Source of the DNA: Pseudomonadota bacterium
GTDB lineage: Bacteria > Bdellovibrionota > UBA1018 > CAIMNF01
Reading direction: 5' to 3'
Assembly (NCBI GenBank): GCA_027488515.1
Contig: JAIYBN010000001.1
Location: 192,811-256,810, forward strand
DNA: 64,000 nt
The notes under the pieces are model-generated. The model saw only the letters and a list, made by a program, of their open reading frames with translations. It made no database searches and had not been told where the DNA came from. The position numbers were made by a program, and so were the translations under genes. This document shows positions 1 through 10,079 of this stretch, in pieces. The number at the start of each line of letters is the position of its first letter. Position 1 is the first letter of the stretch.

Positions 1-4
1 GAGC

Positions 5-2194
5 GTGACCCGGATCGCCCCTCCGATGGCGAGAGGAACACTGGAACGTAAGATCAGGGCCCTTGGATATTCGGTCCGGATTTCCCCACAAGAGCTTTCG
101 ATCGTTCTTCACTCGACCCGTTATCCCGATTTCCTGATTCCGGACGGACACCCGACCCTCACCCTCCGCGACAAACGGATCAACTTCCAGTTCGAGGGAA
201 AGGGGCCCACTTCGTCATTGGTCACCATCCAGACGGACAACGGTCCGATCGACGACGTGTATCTGGAGCCTGAATTCGTCGGGACCTTGAGTGCCGACAA
301 GAACCAGATCCGTGAAGTGCTCAAGTTCGACGAGTTCCCCGAACAAATCCCTTTGGCCGTGATGGCGGCCGAGGACAACCGGTTTTACGAACACTTCGGT
401 ATCGATCCGCGAGGATTCCTCAGGGCGATCTTCGTCGATTTGAAAACCCTTTCGTTGTCTCAAGGCGGAAGCACGATCACCCAACAACTGGTGAAGAATC
501 TGATGGAACGGCGGAACCGGAACCTGTTCATGAAGATCAACGAGCTCTTCCTGGCTCCCGTGCTCGAACTGAAATACACCAAGAAGCAGATTTTCGAGCG
601 TTACCTGAACGAGGTTTTCCTGGGACAAATCGGATCTTTCGAAATCCGCGGATTCTCGGAGGGCGCCAAGTACTTTTACGGCAAGAGTGTGAGCGAACTC
701 AACACCGGTGAGATCGCCCTGCTGGTGGGTCTGATCAAAGGTCCGGTCTTCTATTCCCCCCACCGTCACATGGATCGCGCCAAGACCCGGCAACGCTATG
801 TCCTCGAGCGGATGCTCGAGACGGGGAGGCTCAAGGAAGACGAGTTCCAACGTGCCCTGAAACAACCGATCCGTCTGGCCAAGGCTCCGCAGGCCGGGAA
901 CCGTGCACCGTACTTCATCGATTACGTCAAAGCCGAGCTGACCTCATTGATGAAAGACCGTTTCGAGGAAAGCGAAATCCCCGAACTCGGTCTGCAAGTC
1001 TACACGACCCTCGATCTCGGATTGAACCAGATCGCCCAAGAAGCACTCCAACGCGGTCTCGAGTCGGTCGAGACCCGCCTGAAGTTGAAGGGTGTGCTCG
1101 AGCTCCAAGGCGCTGTCGCAGCGGTGGATCACACCACCGGCGAGATCCGCACCCTGATCGGAGGGAGGAACTACGCAAAGAGCAACTTCAACCGCATCCT
1201 GAACATGAAACGTCAGGCGGGCTCCACATTCAAGCCTGTCGTGTACACCACCGCATTCCGGACTTTCGAGGACGATCGGGGCAATGCGTTCACTCCGGCG
1301 TACCCGCTTCTCGATCAGGAGTGGGGATGGAACTACGATCCCAAACAACCTGTCTGGAAACCCTCCAACTACGAAAAAGAGAAGCTCGGTTGGATTCCTC
1401 TGAAGACTTCGATCGCAAAATCGATCAACACCACCGCAGCCCGTGTGGCGAAACGGGTGGGCCTCGCCGAAGTGTCCGAAACCGCCAAACTCCTCGGCAT
1501 GTCGACCCGGGTTCCCGAAGTTCCATCGATCACCCTGGGAAGTGTCGAGGTGAACCCTCTCGAGCTGCTCGAGGTGTACATGACTTTCGCCAATCACGGC
1601 AAGGGCGGGGATCCGTTTGTGATCAAGGCCATTCAGAATCCGGACGGTTCTGAGTTCTACCGCAGCGAGTACCGGGCCTCACCGAGAATCGATCCGGGCG
1701 TGGCGGACATGATGACCTACCTCCTTCAAGGGGTTTTCGCCGACGGGACCGCGTCGTTCGTCTCACAACTCGGATTCGACCGTCCCGCCGCAGGCAAAAC
1801 CGGGACCACCAACGATTACCGCGATTCGTGGTTCGTGGGCTACACCCCCCAACTCACGGCACTCGTTTGGGCCGGTCTCGACCAGGGTCTGATCGAAGAA
1901 GCCATTACAGAGGCGAGGAAGAAGGACAAAAGCATCCCGAAACGGGTCCGACTGACCGGAGCCTCGGCCGCACTCCCGGTCTGGGTCGAGATCATGAAAC
2001 GGACGCTCCAATACGAACCCGCCCTGCCGTTTCCGGAGAGTGACCACCTGGTCGACATGAGACTCGACTCACGATCCGGTCAGAAAGCGACCGACTCCTG
2101 TCCTGAGTCCCAAGTGGTTCTGGAAAAAGTGATCGTCGGTCGCGAGCCCAAGAAATCCACTTGTCTGCCCGAATACGAGAAACCCGAAGAATGA
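5..2194 (+). CDS. mrcA: Penicillin-binding protein 1A (bifunctional transglycosylase/transpeptidase). The 5' end is probably truncated by the window edge.
   Basis: GT51 motifs (EDNRFYEHFGIDPRG, GGSTITQQLVKN) followed by a transpeptidase region with STFKP and KTGTTND. The ORF runs to the window start with no TM or signal segment visible. Confidence 0.85.
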   Translation: MTRIAPPMARGTLERKIRALGYSVRISPQELSIVLHSTRYPDFLIPDGHPTLTLRDKRINFQFEGKGPTSSLVTIQTDNGPIDDVYLEPEFVGTLSADKNQIREVLKFDEFPEQIPLAVMAAEDNRFYEHFGIDPRGFLRAIFVDLKTLSLSQGGSTITQQLVKNLMERRNRNLFMKINELFLAPVLELKYTKKQIFERYLNEVFLGQIGSFEIRGFSEGAKYFYGKSVSELNTGEIALLVGLIKGPVFYSPHRHMDRAKTRQRYVLERMLETGRLKEDEFQRALKQPIRLAKAPQAGNRAPYFIDYVKAELTSLMKDRFEESEIPELGLQVYTTLDLGLNQIAQEALQRGLESVETRLKLKGVLELQGAVAAVDHTTGEIRTLIGGRNYAKSNFNRILNMKRQAGSTFKPVVYTTAFRTFEDDRGNAFTPAYPLLDQEWGWNYDPKQPVWKPSNYEKEKLGWIPLKTSIAKSINTTAARVAKRVGLAEVSETAKLLGMSTRVPEVPSITLGSVEVNPLELLEVYMTFANHGKGGDPFVIKAIQNPDGSEFYRSEYRASPRIDPGVADMMTYLLQGVFADGTASFVSQLGFDRPAAGKTGTTNDYRDSWFVGYTPQLTALVWAGLDQGLIEEAITEARKKDKSIPKRVRLTGASAALPVWVEIMKRTLQYEPALPFPESDHLVDMRLDSRSGQKATDSCPESQVVLEKVIVGREPKKSTCLPEYEKPEE

Positions 2195-3759
2195 ACATCA
2201 GGAAACCCCACTGGCTCCGGTGTTCACTCACTTTGGGCTTCCTTTTTCTTCCGGCTCCCGGGCTCCGGGCGGAGACACTCCAAGTTCACTTGCCCGCCGC
2301 CCCGGTCAGTCTCGACTGGAACGGTACTTCGACCATGATCGACGCGCCTCTGGTCCTCACCGTTCATGAAGGCCTGTTCAAACAAGGTGCGACAGGCGAA
2401 TCCCTCGTTCCGGCATTGGCCGAATCCTTCGTCCGGGAAAACGACGGGAAGACTTACATTTTCAAAATCAGAAAATCGGCGAAATGGTCGGATGGCCGAC
2501 CCGTTTACGCCAAAGACTTCGCCGACGCGTGGATCCGGCTGATCGCACCGACCTCATCCTCCATCTACACTTACTATCTTTTTGATGTTGAGAACGCCCG
2601 GGAGTTCAACGCGGGGAAAATCCAGGATCCGAACCAAGTCGGGTTCCGGGCTCTGGACGATCACACCCTGAAGGTGAGCCTGAAGCGGTCGTCAGCGAAC
2701 TGGGAACAGAACACGGCCTTTTGGCCCCTTTTTCCTGTCCGCAAGGATCTGATCGAGAAATACGGCTCCAACTGGTGGCGCGCCGGAGTGCTCGTTTCGG
2801 CGGGACCTTTCGTTTGGGACAGTTACGAACCGGGAAAATTGGCCGTTCTGAAACGGAACCCGTATCATGCCGTCGAGGGCGGGTCGAATGTCGACCGGAT
2901 CGAGTTTCACATTCTGAGCAATCACCAGGAGGCTCTCAAGCGCTACGAGAACGGTACATTCCGGTTCTTGTGGAATCTGCCTTCTGCAATCATTCCCACG
3001 GTGAAGGACCGTACCGCTCTCGTAAAACAACCTTTGATGAGGGGGCACCTGCTCACCCTGAATGCGGCCAGATACCCGATGACCAACCGGGACTTCAGGG
3101 CCGCCATCCTCCACTCCTTCGATCCGGAAGAAATCCTTCCCGAACGATCGGAACTCTTGAAGCCACACGCATCCCTGATTCTCCCTCCCCTCCCGGGATC
3201 CGCCGGAAAGCACCGTCTCCCGAAAGACGGAAAGCTCGCACGCGAGAGACTTCAAAAGTCGAGGTTCATCGTGAGCAATCAGTTCAAACTGAGGATCCTG
3301 ACCGGCATCTCGGAACCCTACATTTCGATCGGGAAGAAACTGCAGAGCAGGATCTCTGAACAATTGGGAATCGCAGTGGAACTCGACGCCCTCCCCAGCC
3401 AGGATTACACTACGTACATGGACCTGGGTGAGTACCATGCCACGCTGATCACCTGGACGGCCAAAGTCCTCTCTCCCCAGGACTTTCTTCTCCCTTACAG
3501 TGGTGAAGCCGCACACTCCCGCGTCCGCTACCGGAATCCCTTCTTCGACCAGTACATCTTCGAGGGAATCCGTTCCAAATCACCGTCTCTGGCCGCAAAA
3601 GCATTCGATCAAGCTCAAAAGCTCCTGTGCGTGGAGGAAGCGGTGATCAGCCCCCTGTTCCAGGAAACCGCCACCCACCTCATCGGGAAGTCGATCCGGA
3701 ACCTCAGATTCAACCACATGGGGCTTCCGCTCCTCGACCGGACGGTCATTAAACAATAA
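2191..3759 (+). CDS. ABC-type solute-binding protein, family 5 (peptide/nickel, OppA-like). Orphan: no permease or ATPase genes nearby.
   Basis: About 520 aa with an N-terminal signal-like segment (MNIRKPHWLRCSLTLGFLFLPAPG) and a WSDGRPVYAKDF motif typical of SBP_bac_5. ATGA start/stop overlap with the PBP gene. Confidence 0.7.
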   Translation: MNIRKPHWLRCSLTLGFLFLPAPGLRAETLQVHLPAAPVSLDWNGTSTMIDAPLVLTVHEGLFKQGATGESLVPALAESFVRENDGKTYIFKIRKSAKWSDGRPVYAKDFADAWIRLIAPTSSSIYTYYLFDVENAREFNAGKIQDPNQVGFRALDDHTLKVSLKRSSANWEQNTAFWPLFPVRKDLIEKYGSNWWRAGVLVSAGPFVWDSYEPGKLAVLKRNPYHAVEGGSNVDRIEFHILSNHQEALKRYENGTFRFLWNLPSAIIPTVKDRTALVKQPLMRGHLLTLNAARYPMTNRDFRAAILHSFDPEEILPERSELLKPHASLILPPLPGSAGKHRLPKDGKLARERLQKSRFIVSNQFKLRILTGISEPYISIGKKLQSRISEQLGIAVELDALPSQDYTTYMDLGEYHATLITWTAKVLSPQDFLLPYSGEAAHSRVRYRNPFFDQYIFEGIRSKSPSLAAKAFDQAQKLLCVEEAVISPLFQETATHLIGKSIRNLRFNHMGLPLLDRTVIKQ

Positions 3760-3799
3760 CCGTTGAACAGGGGTTCTTCCTTTACAAGCCGGTGCCATT

Positions 3800-5839
3800 T
3801 TGATACCATGCGTCACCGCGTGTATGAAGTCGCTTCTGAACTGGCTTTCCCGCATTCCCAAGACCCGAAAACCCTGGCAAGAACTGCTTCTTCCCGGGCT
3901 GCTGTCCGTCGTGATTGCGGCAACCGCATCCACCTCTCCTCTCTCGTTTCTTGAAGCCCCTCTTTACGATCTCCGGCTCTGGCTCTCCAAGAAGCATTCG
4001 GTGGATCCCGGAATCGCCATCATCACCCTCGATGACCAGACCCTGAATCAACTGAACGAGACCTCTCCCCTCACCGTCTCCTCCCATTTGAAAGCGATTC
4101 AGGCGCTGGAATCGCACGGTGTCCGGGCGGTCGGATATGCCGTCGATTTCACCCGCGTTCAACGGATCGACGCCCTGAGTTTCGAAACCGATGCGGTCAA
4201 GGAACTCTACCGGTCGATGGTCCGGATGAATGCCAAAGGTACACCCGTGGTCCTCGGCATTCCCTATGACACGACCGGAGAAGTGCTGGCTCCCTATCCC
4301 CTGAGCCAGCTCCCGCAAGCCATGGCGATGGTCCACCGCGACGGGACCGTGTTCGGTAAAGACAAAGTCACCCGCCGTGCCCTGCTCTCCCTGTATCAAA
4401 AACCTGCGTTTGAACTGGCTCTCGCCAACCTCATCGTACCGGAACAGTCTTTTCAAGAACCGCCCGGAAGCTATGCGGCCGCGGAGACGGAAGCACGCTA
4501 CTTCCTTCTCGGACTCCATCAGTCAGCCGGGAGGATCTACGAGCCGGAATACGAATCCTTCTCCTACCCCAGGTATTCTTTCGTGGACCTGGTGGAAGGG
4601 AAGATCCCGCAGGGAACCCTCCGCGACAAAATCATCCTGGTGGGCGTCTTCCACCGGGACAACCCGAACGACTACACCCTGGTGAGCGCCCCCGGGGGAG
4701 GCACCGCGGTTCCGAAGATCCTGGTGCAAGCGAACATTCTGGACTCGATTTTGAACGGGCACGGCATCCGGGAAACTCCCCACGCCGTGGTCGCCCTGAT
4801 TTCGTTCCTGCTCTCACTCCTGGTGATCCTCGCTTCCTCACGCTTCCGTCCCAGCAGGCTGATTCTCCTGACTTTCGCCCTGATCGCAGTGACTTTCACC
4901 GGTTCACTGATCCTCCTGCAGCCGCTCCCCTGGATCGGAAACGTCTGGCTTCCGCTCGGAGCCCCGTACCTGGCGATGGCCATCAGCTTCTATCTCATGA
5001 TTCCGGTCCGGCTTTACATGGAGAATCGCAAGCGGTTCGAGCTGGAAAAACAGAACCGGGCACTCCTGCAAGTCGAGGAGATGAAAACCAACTTCCTCCA
5101 ATTGGTGACCCATGACTTGAAAACCCCCGTGGCCAAGATCCAGGGCCTCACCGAGCAACTGAAGCGCTCGCTCAGCGGGCGTCTCGAGTCCCGTGACATC
5201 GAAACGATGAATCATTTGTTCTCGGCGAACGAGGAGTTGAACCACTTCATCAATTCCCTTCTCGAGCTGACCCAGATCGACAGCCAGGGGATCCGAGTGA
5301 ACCTCCAATCCCGCGATCTCAACCAACTCCTCGAACAGGTGGTCCTGAAACACCGTTTCGGCGCCCAAGCGAAACAGATCGAGGTCAGACTCGATTTCGA
5401 GCCGCTGTTTCCGATCCGGGTCGATGCGACCCTCATCTCGAAAGTTCTCTCGAACCTGCTCGACAATGCGATCAAGTATTCACCCGAGAAGACCTCGGTC
5501 ACGCTGACCACACGGGAATCCGGCGACCACGTCGAGATCACGATCGAGGACCAGGGAATCGGGATTCCCGAGGCCGAGATCGGAAATCTCTTCAGCCGGT
5601 TCTACCGGATCAACAACGACACGACCCGGAGTGTGAAGGGCACGGGGCTCGGGCTCTACCTTTCTCGTTACTTCATTGAAGCCCATCACGGCGAGATCTC
5701 CGTGGACAGCCGTCCCGGAAAAGGAACCCGGTTCCTGATCCGCCTTCCGATGGAACTCACCCAGGCCGAAGTGGTTCGTCCCGGCCTACCCCTCGACGGA
5801 ATCCAGAAAAGAAAAAACAAGGAGATGAAAAATGCGTAA
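3800..5839 (+). CDS. Sensor histidine kinase with a periplasmic CHASE2 domain.
   Basis: N-terminal TM plus a large extracytoplasmic domain and three closely spaced TM helices (CHASE2 architecture). H-box HDLKTP. HATPase_c G-boxes GTGLGLYLSRYFIEAHHGEISVDSRPGKGTRF. Confidence 0.8.
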   Translation: MIPCVTACMKSLLNWLSRIPKTRKPWQELLLPGLLSVVIAATASTSPLSFLEAPLYDLRLWLSKKHSVDPGIAIITLDDQTLNQLNETSPLTVSSHLKAIQALESHGVRAVGYAVDFTRVQRIDALSFETDAVKELYRSMVRMNAKGTPVVLGIPYDTTGEVLAPYPLSQLPQAMAMVHRDGTVFGKDKVTRRALLSLYQKPAFELALANLIVPEQSFQEPPGSYAAAETEARYFLLGLHQSAGRIYEPEYESFSYPRYSFVDLVEGKIPQGTLRDKIILVGVFHRDNPNDYTLVSAPGGGTAVPKILVQANILDSILNGHGIRETPHAVVALISFLLSLLVILASSRFRPSRLILLTFALIAVTFTGSLILLQPLPWIGNVWLPLGAPYLAMAISFYLMIPVRLYMENRKRFELEKQNRALLQVEEMKTNFLQLVTHDLKTPVAKIQGLTEQLKRSLSGRLESRDIETMNHLFSANEELNHFINSLLELTQIDSQGIRVNLQSRDLNQLLEQVVLKHRFGAQAKQIEVRLDFEPLFPIRVDATLISKVLSNLLDNAIKYSPEKTSVTLTTRESGDHVEITIEDQGIGIPEAEIGNLFSRFYRINNDTTRSVKGTGLGLYLSRYFIEAHHGEISVDSRPGKGTRFLIRLPMELTQAEVVRPGLPLDGIQKRKNKEMKNA

Positions 5840-7259
5840 GATCCTGGTGGTTGATGACGATGCAGGCCTCCGCAGCACAGTGACCTCTGCCCTCACAGAG
5901 GGGATGTATCTGGTGGATCAGGCCGCCGACGGTGACGAGGCGGTCACCCGGGTCCGGGCCGGTGAATACGACATGGTCCTCATGGACGTGAACATGCCGA
6001 AAATGTCCGGTATCGAGGCACTGAAGGAGATCAAAGCCCACGATCCCTCAATCATGGTCATCATCCTCACCGCTTTTTCGAACATCCGGGATGCGGTGGA
6101 GGCGACCCGCCTCGGCGCCTACAATTATCTCGAGAAACCCGTACGATCCGACAACCTCGTTTACATGATCGACCAGGCTTTCCGCAGTCAGAACATGGTG
6201 AAGAAGCTCTCTTACTCCGCACCGGTGTTCAACCTTCCGAGCGGGAACGAATTCGTCGGGCAGAGCAACGAGATGAAGAAGATCTTCAGCGTCATCGACC
6301 GGCTCGCACGTGTGGAGACCGCGGTTCTGATCCGGGGCGAGAGCGGTACCGGCAAGGAATTGGTCGCCCAGTCCCTGCATTACAACGGCCCGAGAAAAGA
6401 CAACCGCTTTGTCGCCGTGAACTGTTCGGCCATTCCGGAAACCCTGATGGAGAGCGAGTTCTTCGGTCACGAGAAAGGCGCGTTTACCGGTGCCGACACC
6501 CGGAAGATCGGCAAATTCCAGTATGCCGAGGGCGGAACCCTGTTCCTGGACGAAATCGGCGAGATCCCTCCCTCCATGCAGGTGAAGCTCCTGCGCGTGT
6601 TGCAGGAAAAGAAGTTCACCCCCGTCGGCTCCAACCGTGAAATCGAAATGAATGTCCGGATCGTGGCCGCAACCAATCGTGATCTGGAATCCATGATCGA
6701 GTCGGGCTCGTTCCGTGAAGACCTCTTCTACCGCCTGAATGTGCTTCCGATCCAACTCCCGCCACTCCGGGACCGGAAGAACGACATCGAATCCCTGGCC
6801 CGGTATTTTGTCGAAAAATTCAACCAGCGCTATGCCAAAGAGGTTCGTGGACTCACGCCCGAAGCCCTTGCAGCACTCCGGGTCCACCGCTGGCCGGGGA
6901 ACATCCGGGAGCTCGAGAACGTGCTCGAACACGCTTTCGTCCTGGAATCCGGCGAATGGATCACTTTGGACTCACTCCCCGAAAAGATCCGGAGGTCGGC
7001 GCCCGCCGAGGCGGTTGCCGAGATCGGTCTCGAGGAAGGCGCCGTTCCCATGGAAGGCGAAGCCATGAGTTTCCGGATGAGCATCCAGAAATTCGATTTC
7101 CAGGCGAGCAAAGAGGAGTTCGAGAAGCAGTTCCTCATCAACGCTCTCCGTGCATTCCGGGGCAAGATCAACCAGACCGCCCTCCATGCGAACATCCCGA
7201 AGAAGACCCTTCTCAGGAAACTCGAGAAATACGGAATCACCGCCAAGGATTACAACTGA
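5832..7259 (+). CDS. Sigma54-dependent two-component response regulator (NtrC family).
   Basis: REC domain (MRKILVVDDD...DVNMP), AAA+ sigma54-interaction domain (GESGTGKELVAQSLH, GAFTGA, ESEFFGHEKGAFTGA) and a C-terminal Fis-type HTH. Start overlaps the kinase stop. Confidence 0.9.
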   Translation: MRKILVVDDDAGLRSTVTSALTEGMYLVDQAADGDEAVTRVRAGEYDMVLMDVNMPKMSGIEALKEIKAHDPSIMVIILTAFSNIRDAVEATRLGAYNYLEKPVRSDNLVYMIDQAFRSQNMVKKLSYSAPVFNLPSGNEFVGQSNEMKKIFSVIDRLARVETAVLIRGESGTGKELVAQSLHYNGPRKDNRFVAVNCSAIPETLMESEFFGHEKGAFTGADTRKIGKFQYAEGGTLFLDEIGEIPPSMQVKLLRVLQEKKFTPVGSNREIEMNVRIVAATNRDLESMIESGSFREDLFYRLNVLPIQLPPLRDRKNDIESLARYFVEKFNQRYAKEVRGLTPEALAALRVHRWPGNIRELENVLEHAFVLESGEWITLDSLPEKIRRSAPAEAVAEIGLEEGAVPMEGEAMSFRMSIQKFDFQASKEEFEKQFLINALRAFRGKINQTALHANIPKKTLLRKLEKYGITAKDYN

Positions 7260-8218
7260 GCCGGCTTATTGGCCCGCTCGAGACTTTCGATGCTCTTTTT
7301 GATCTCCACCAGACGTTGACGCTTCGGCTCGATTTCGACCAATAGGTCCTTGAACTTCAAAAGCTGGGGTGACGGAAGCCCCTTCTGTTCCGGCAGGGAT
7401 TCCTGGACTTTTTCGAACAACTCAATGGTGAGCTCGAGATGGTTCAACTCATCCCGCTGCTGGATCAATACCGCCCAAGGGCTCAGGCTCTCGTCCAGAC
7501 CTGCTTGCCGGAGGAGGTTCTGCCTACGGGTCTCCAGCTCCTGATCCCTGAGTGCAAACGCCAACAGGAGTTCTTCCTTCCGGGACTCGGACCATTCTTT
7601 CATGACCTGATCGTGGAAATATTTGCGAGCCGGATAGTTCCAATACCCGAGTTCGGAAAAAGCATTCATCCAACGGATCCGGCATTCGACCGGATGTTCT
7701 TCTTGCTTGCACAGGGGAACGGACTCCTTCTCGAGGAGCTGGAAATGACTCAGCCGACACCGGTTCCCGAGTTCAAAATCCGAAAGGGCTGCCTGCGCGG
7801 GAGTCCGTAACACCTCCTGGTAAAGGCGGAGGATCGATCGACCGGCCCTGACTCCGCAGTGACCGACCAAGTCCGAGAAATCGGCCGGTTCGTGTTTCTT
7901 CAAGAGCAACTCGCGGGTGAGAACACTCTCGGCCCGGTCCACCCCCCAGAAGAGGGGTGCCAGGAGAATGAATCCCAAACCGAATGCGGTGAGACTCCCA
8001 CCGGCACGTGCCCGCAGGCACCGGAACAGGATTCCGGAACAGATCGAAGAAACCAGCAGGAATCCGAACAGGATGAAGAACGAGGAGGAACTGTCCGCGT
8101 CAGGACGCAAAGACGCCTGGAATCGGGCGGCCAAGGCACCCAGAAAAGTGAACAAGAAACCGGAAAACGCTAGAGCGGCCTCACCCGAACGGAACGAAGC
8201 CTTCCGCTTCCGGTTCAC
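7250..8218 (-). CDS. Hypothetical integral membrane protein.
   Basis: Long ORF with three predicted N-terminal TM helices and a soluble C-terminal part. No recognisable family. Confidence 0.45.
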   Translation of the reverse strand: MNRKRKASFRSGEAALAFSGFLFTFLGALAARFQASLRPDADSSSSFFILFGFLLVSSICSGILFRCLRARAGGSLTAFGLGFILLAPLFWGVDRAESVLTRELLLKKHEPADFSDLVGHCGVRAGRSILRLYQEVLRTPAQAALSDFELGNRCRLSHFQLLEKESVPLCKQEEHPVECRIRWMNAFSELGYWNYPARKYFHDQVMKEWSESRKEELLLAFALRDQELETRRQNLLRQAGLDESLSPWAVLIQQRDELNHLELTIELFEKVQESLPEQKGLPSPQLLKFKDLLVEIEPKRQRLVEIKKSIESLERANKPAQL

Positions 8219-9000
8219 TCTTTGATTTTCGCTTTACGGCGCAATTCGGTCACAAGATTCCGCAGCAATTCACGCTGCACATCCGACCGGACTTGCTGCT
8301 CGACTTCGACAAACTCGGGTGTCTTTCCGACCTTCCGGTCCACCACTTTGATGACATGGAAACCGAACGAGGTCTTCACAGGTCCCACGATCTCACCGAT
8401 CCCGGCCGAGAATGCGGCGCGAGTGAAAGCCTCGTCGAACATGTTCCGGGAAAAGTACCCGACGTCTCCACGGGTGGTCTTCGCCGACGGATCCTTGGAA
8501 CGCTGTTCGGCCAAGCGCTGGAAATCCACACCTCTCTTGGCTTCAGCCAGAACGCTGTCCGCATCGGCCTGGGTCGCGAGCAGGATGTGCTGCGCGTGCA
8601 CCTGGTCGGTCGAATAACGGGTCTTGTTTCGCTGATAGAAGTCCTTCACGGAGGCTTCGGTGACCTTCGGAGCGAGCTTCTTCGAGACCAGGAGATTCAC
8701 CAAGGCCTGCTTCCGCATCAATTGGAGAGAGTCCTTGAACTCACGGGAGGCATCCAATTTCTCACCGGCCGCCTCCTGAACCATGAGCTCCTGATCGACC
8801 AGGTCTTGGATGATGCGCTTCTTGGTGGCCGGATCCTTTTGGGCGAGTTCCCGCTGATGCATCGGGAGACCTGCGACCAAAGCCTGAAAATCCTCGTCAG
8901 TGATGCTTTTTCCGTTCACGCTGGCCAACACTCCGGCCGAAACCGGCATGGACATCCCGACTCCCCACACAAGCAACCCCAGAAAGAATGATGATTTCAT
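8215..9000 (-). CDS. Periplasmic parvulin-type peptidyl-prolyl cis-trans isomerase (SurA/PrsA/PpiD-like chaperone).
   Basis: Signal peptide MKSSFFLGLLVWGVGMSMPVSA. PpiC-type rotamase motifs (FSRNMFDEAFTRAAFSAGIGEIVGPVKTSFGFHVIKVVDRK). Confidence 0.8.
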   Translation of the reverse strand: MKSSFFLGLLVWGVGMSMPVSAGVLASVNGKSITDEDFQALVAGLPMHQRELAQKDPATKKRIIQDLVDQELMVQEAAGEKLDASREFKDSLQLMRKQALVNLLVSKKLAPKVTEASVKDFYQRNKTRYSTDQVHAQHILLATQADADSVLAEAKRGVDFQRLAEQRSKDPSAKTTRGDVGYFSRNMFDEAFTRAAFSAGIGEIVGPVKTSFGFHVIKVVDRKVGKTPEFVEVEQQVRSDVQRELLRNLVTELRRKAKIKE

Positions 9001-9043
9001 GCTCATATTATGCATGAAATCAACGATCTCCGACAATAAAGTT

Positions 9044-9082
9044 CAAACAAAAACGGTCTGGATCCGAGCCGGATCCAGACCG
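9044..9082 (-). terminator. Rho-independent terminator of the rplM-rpsI operon.
   Basis: Perfect 13-bp stem (CGGTCTGGATCCG / CGGATCCAGACCG) followed on the minus strand by TTTTTGTTTG, immediately downstream of the rpsI stop. Confidence 0.7.
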
Positions 9083-9111
9083 CCATAAAACTGACTGTCT
9101 CGATGAATCGA

Positions 9112-9513
9112 TTAACGTTTCGAGAACTGGAAGCGACGACGTGCGCCGGCGAGGCCGTACTTCTTACGCTCAACTTCACGCGCATCGCGAGTGAGGAATC
9201 CGGCTTTCTTGAGAACCGGACGGAAAGTGAGGTCCATTGCGTTCAGAACCTTCGCGATTCCGTGACGGACCGCGGTCGCCTGGGCGGAGATGCCTCCACC
9301 GGAGACGTTCACGAACACATCGTACTGACCGTTGTTGTTGGTCAGATCGAGAGACTGCATCGCAATCTTCTGGAGGGCCGGACGTGGGAAGTAGTCTTCG
9401 AGGGAACGGCCGTTCACCTGGATCGAACCCACTTCACCCTTGCGGGGACGGAGATAGACCCGGGCCACTGCAGTCTTACGCTTACCAACCTGATGAATTT
9501 CTTTTTCCAACAT
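9112..9513 (-). CDS. rpsI: 30S ribosomal protein S9.
   Basis: GKRKTAVARVYLRP, GGGISAQATAVRHGIAKVL, C-terminal KKYGLAGARRRFQFSKR. Confidence 0.97.
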   Translation of the reverse strand: MLEKEIHQVGKRKTAVARVYLRPRKGEVGSIQVNGRSLEDYFPRPALQKIAMQSLDLTNNNGQYDVFVNVSGGGISAQATAVRHGIAKVLNAMDLTFRPVLKKAGFLTRDAREVERKKYGLAGARRRFQFSKR

Positions 9514-9521
9514 ATTCTACC

Positions 9522-10034
9522 TTACGCCTTCTTTTCGACTTTTTTGGTCAGAGCCGAGCGACGCTTGGCCGCGAGCGGGAGCTCTTCGAATTTCTGTGCC
9601 TGATGAGGATGCTCGGATCCGGCATAGATTTTCAGTTTTTTCATCTGGTGACGTGCGAGGGTCGACTTGTTCGTCATGCCCCATACCGCGCGACGGATGA
9701 TTTCCTCGGGCTTGGTCGCCAACATCTGACGGGCGGTCTTTTCTTTGAGGCCGCTGATGTATCCGGAGTAGTCCCGGTAGATCTTGGTGTCCATTTTGTT
9801 CCGGGTCAGAACGACTTTGTCGGCATTCAACACGACGACGAAATCACCGGTGTCCACGCTGGGAGTGTAGGTGGTTTTGTGCTTGCCGGTGATGATCTTT
9901 GCGATCATCGAAGAAATGCGGCCTGCAACCTGGTCCTTGACGTCCACGACGTACCATTTGGGAGCGTTGGGGCCCTTGATCTCGAAGAAATGCGCGCCCG
10001 CTTTTTTAGCTAAATAAGACTTTTGTTGAAACAT
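9522..10034 (-). CDS. rplM: 50S ribosomal protein L13.
   Basis: [27 protein letters not shown] and [18 protein letters not shown]. Classic rplM-rpsI pair. Confidence 0.97.
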   Translation of the reverse strand: MFQQKSYLAKKAGAHFFEIKGPNAPKWYVVDVKDQVAGRISSMIAKIITGKHKTTYTPSVDTGDFVVVLNADKVVLTRNKMDTKIYRDYSGYISGLKEKTARQMLATKPEEIIRRAVWGMTNKSTLARHQMKKLKIYAGSEHPHQAQKFEELPLAAKRRSALTKKVEKKA

Positions 10035-10079
10035 AGCCTTGAAGGATTACCGCAGGGTGGACCCACAGTCAATTCGAAA

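Noticed and set aside
215-1597. Minus-strand ORFs 215..865 and 944..1597 (about 216 aa each).
   Set aside because: Antisense to the PBP1A gene. Low-complexity, charge-biased translations with no motifs. These are shadow ORFs.
8293-8991. 232-aa plus-strand ORF.
   Set aside because: Antisense to the parvulin PPIase gene, which has clear rotamase motifs and a signal peptide.
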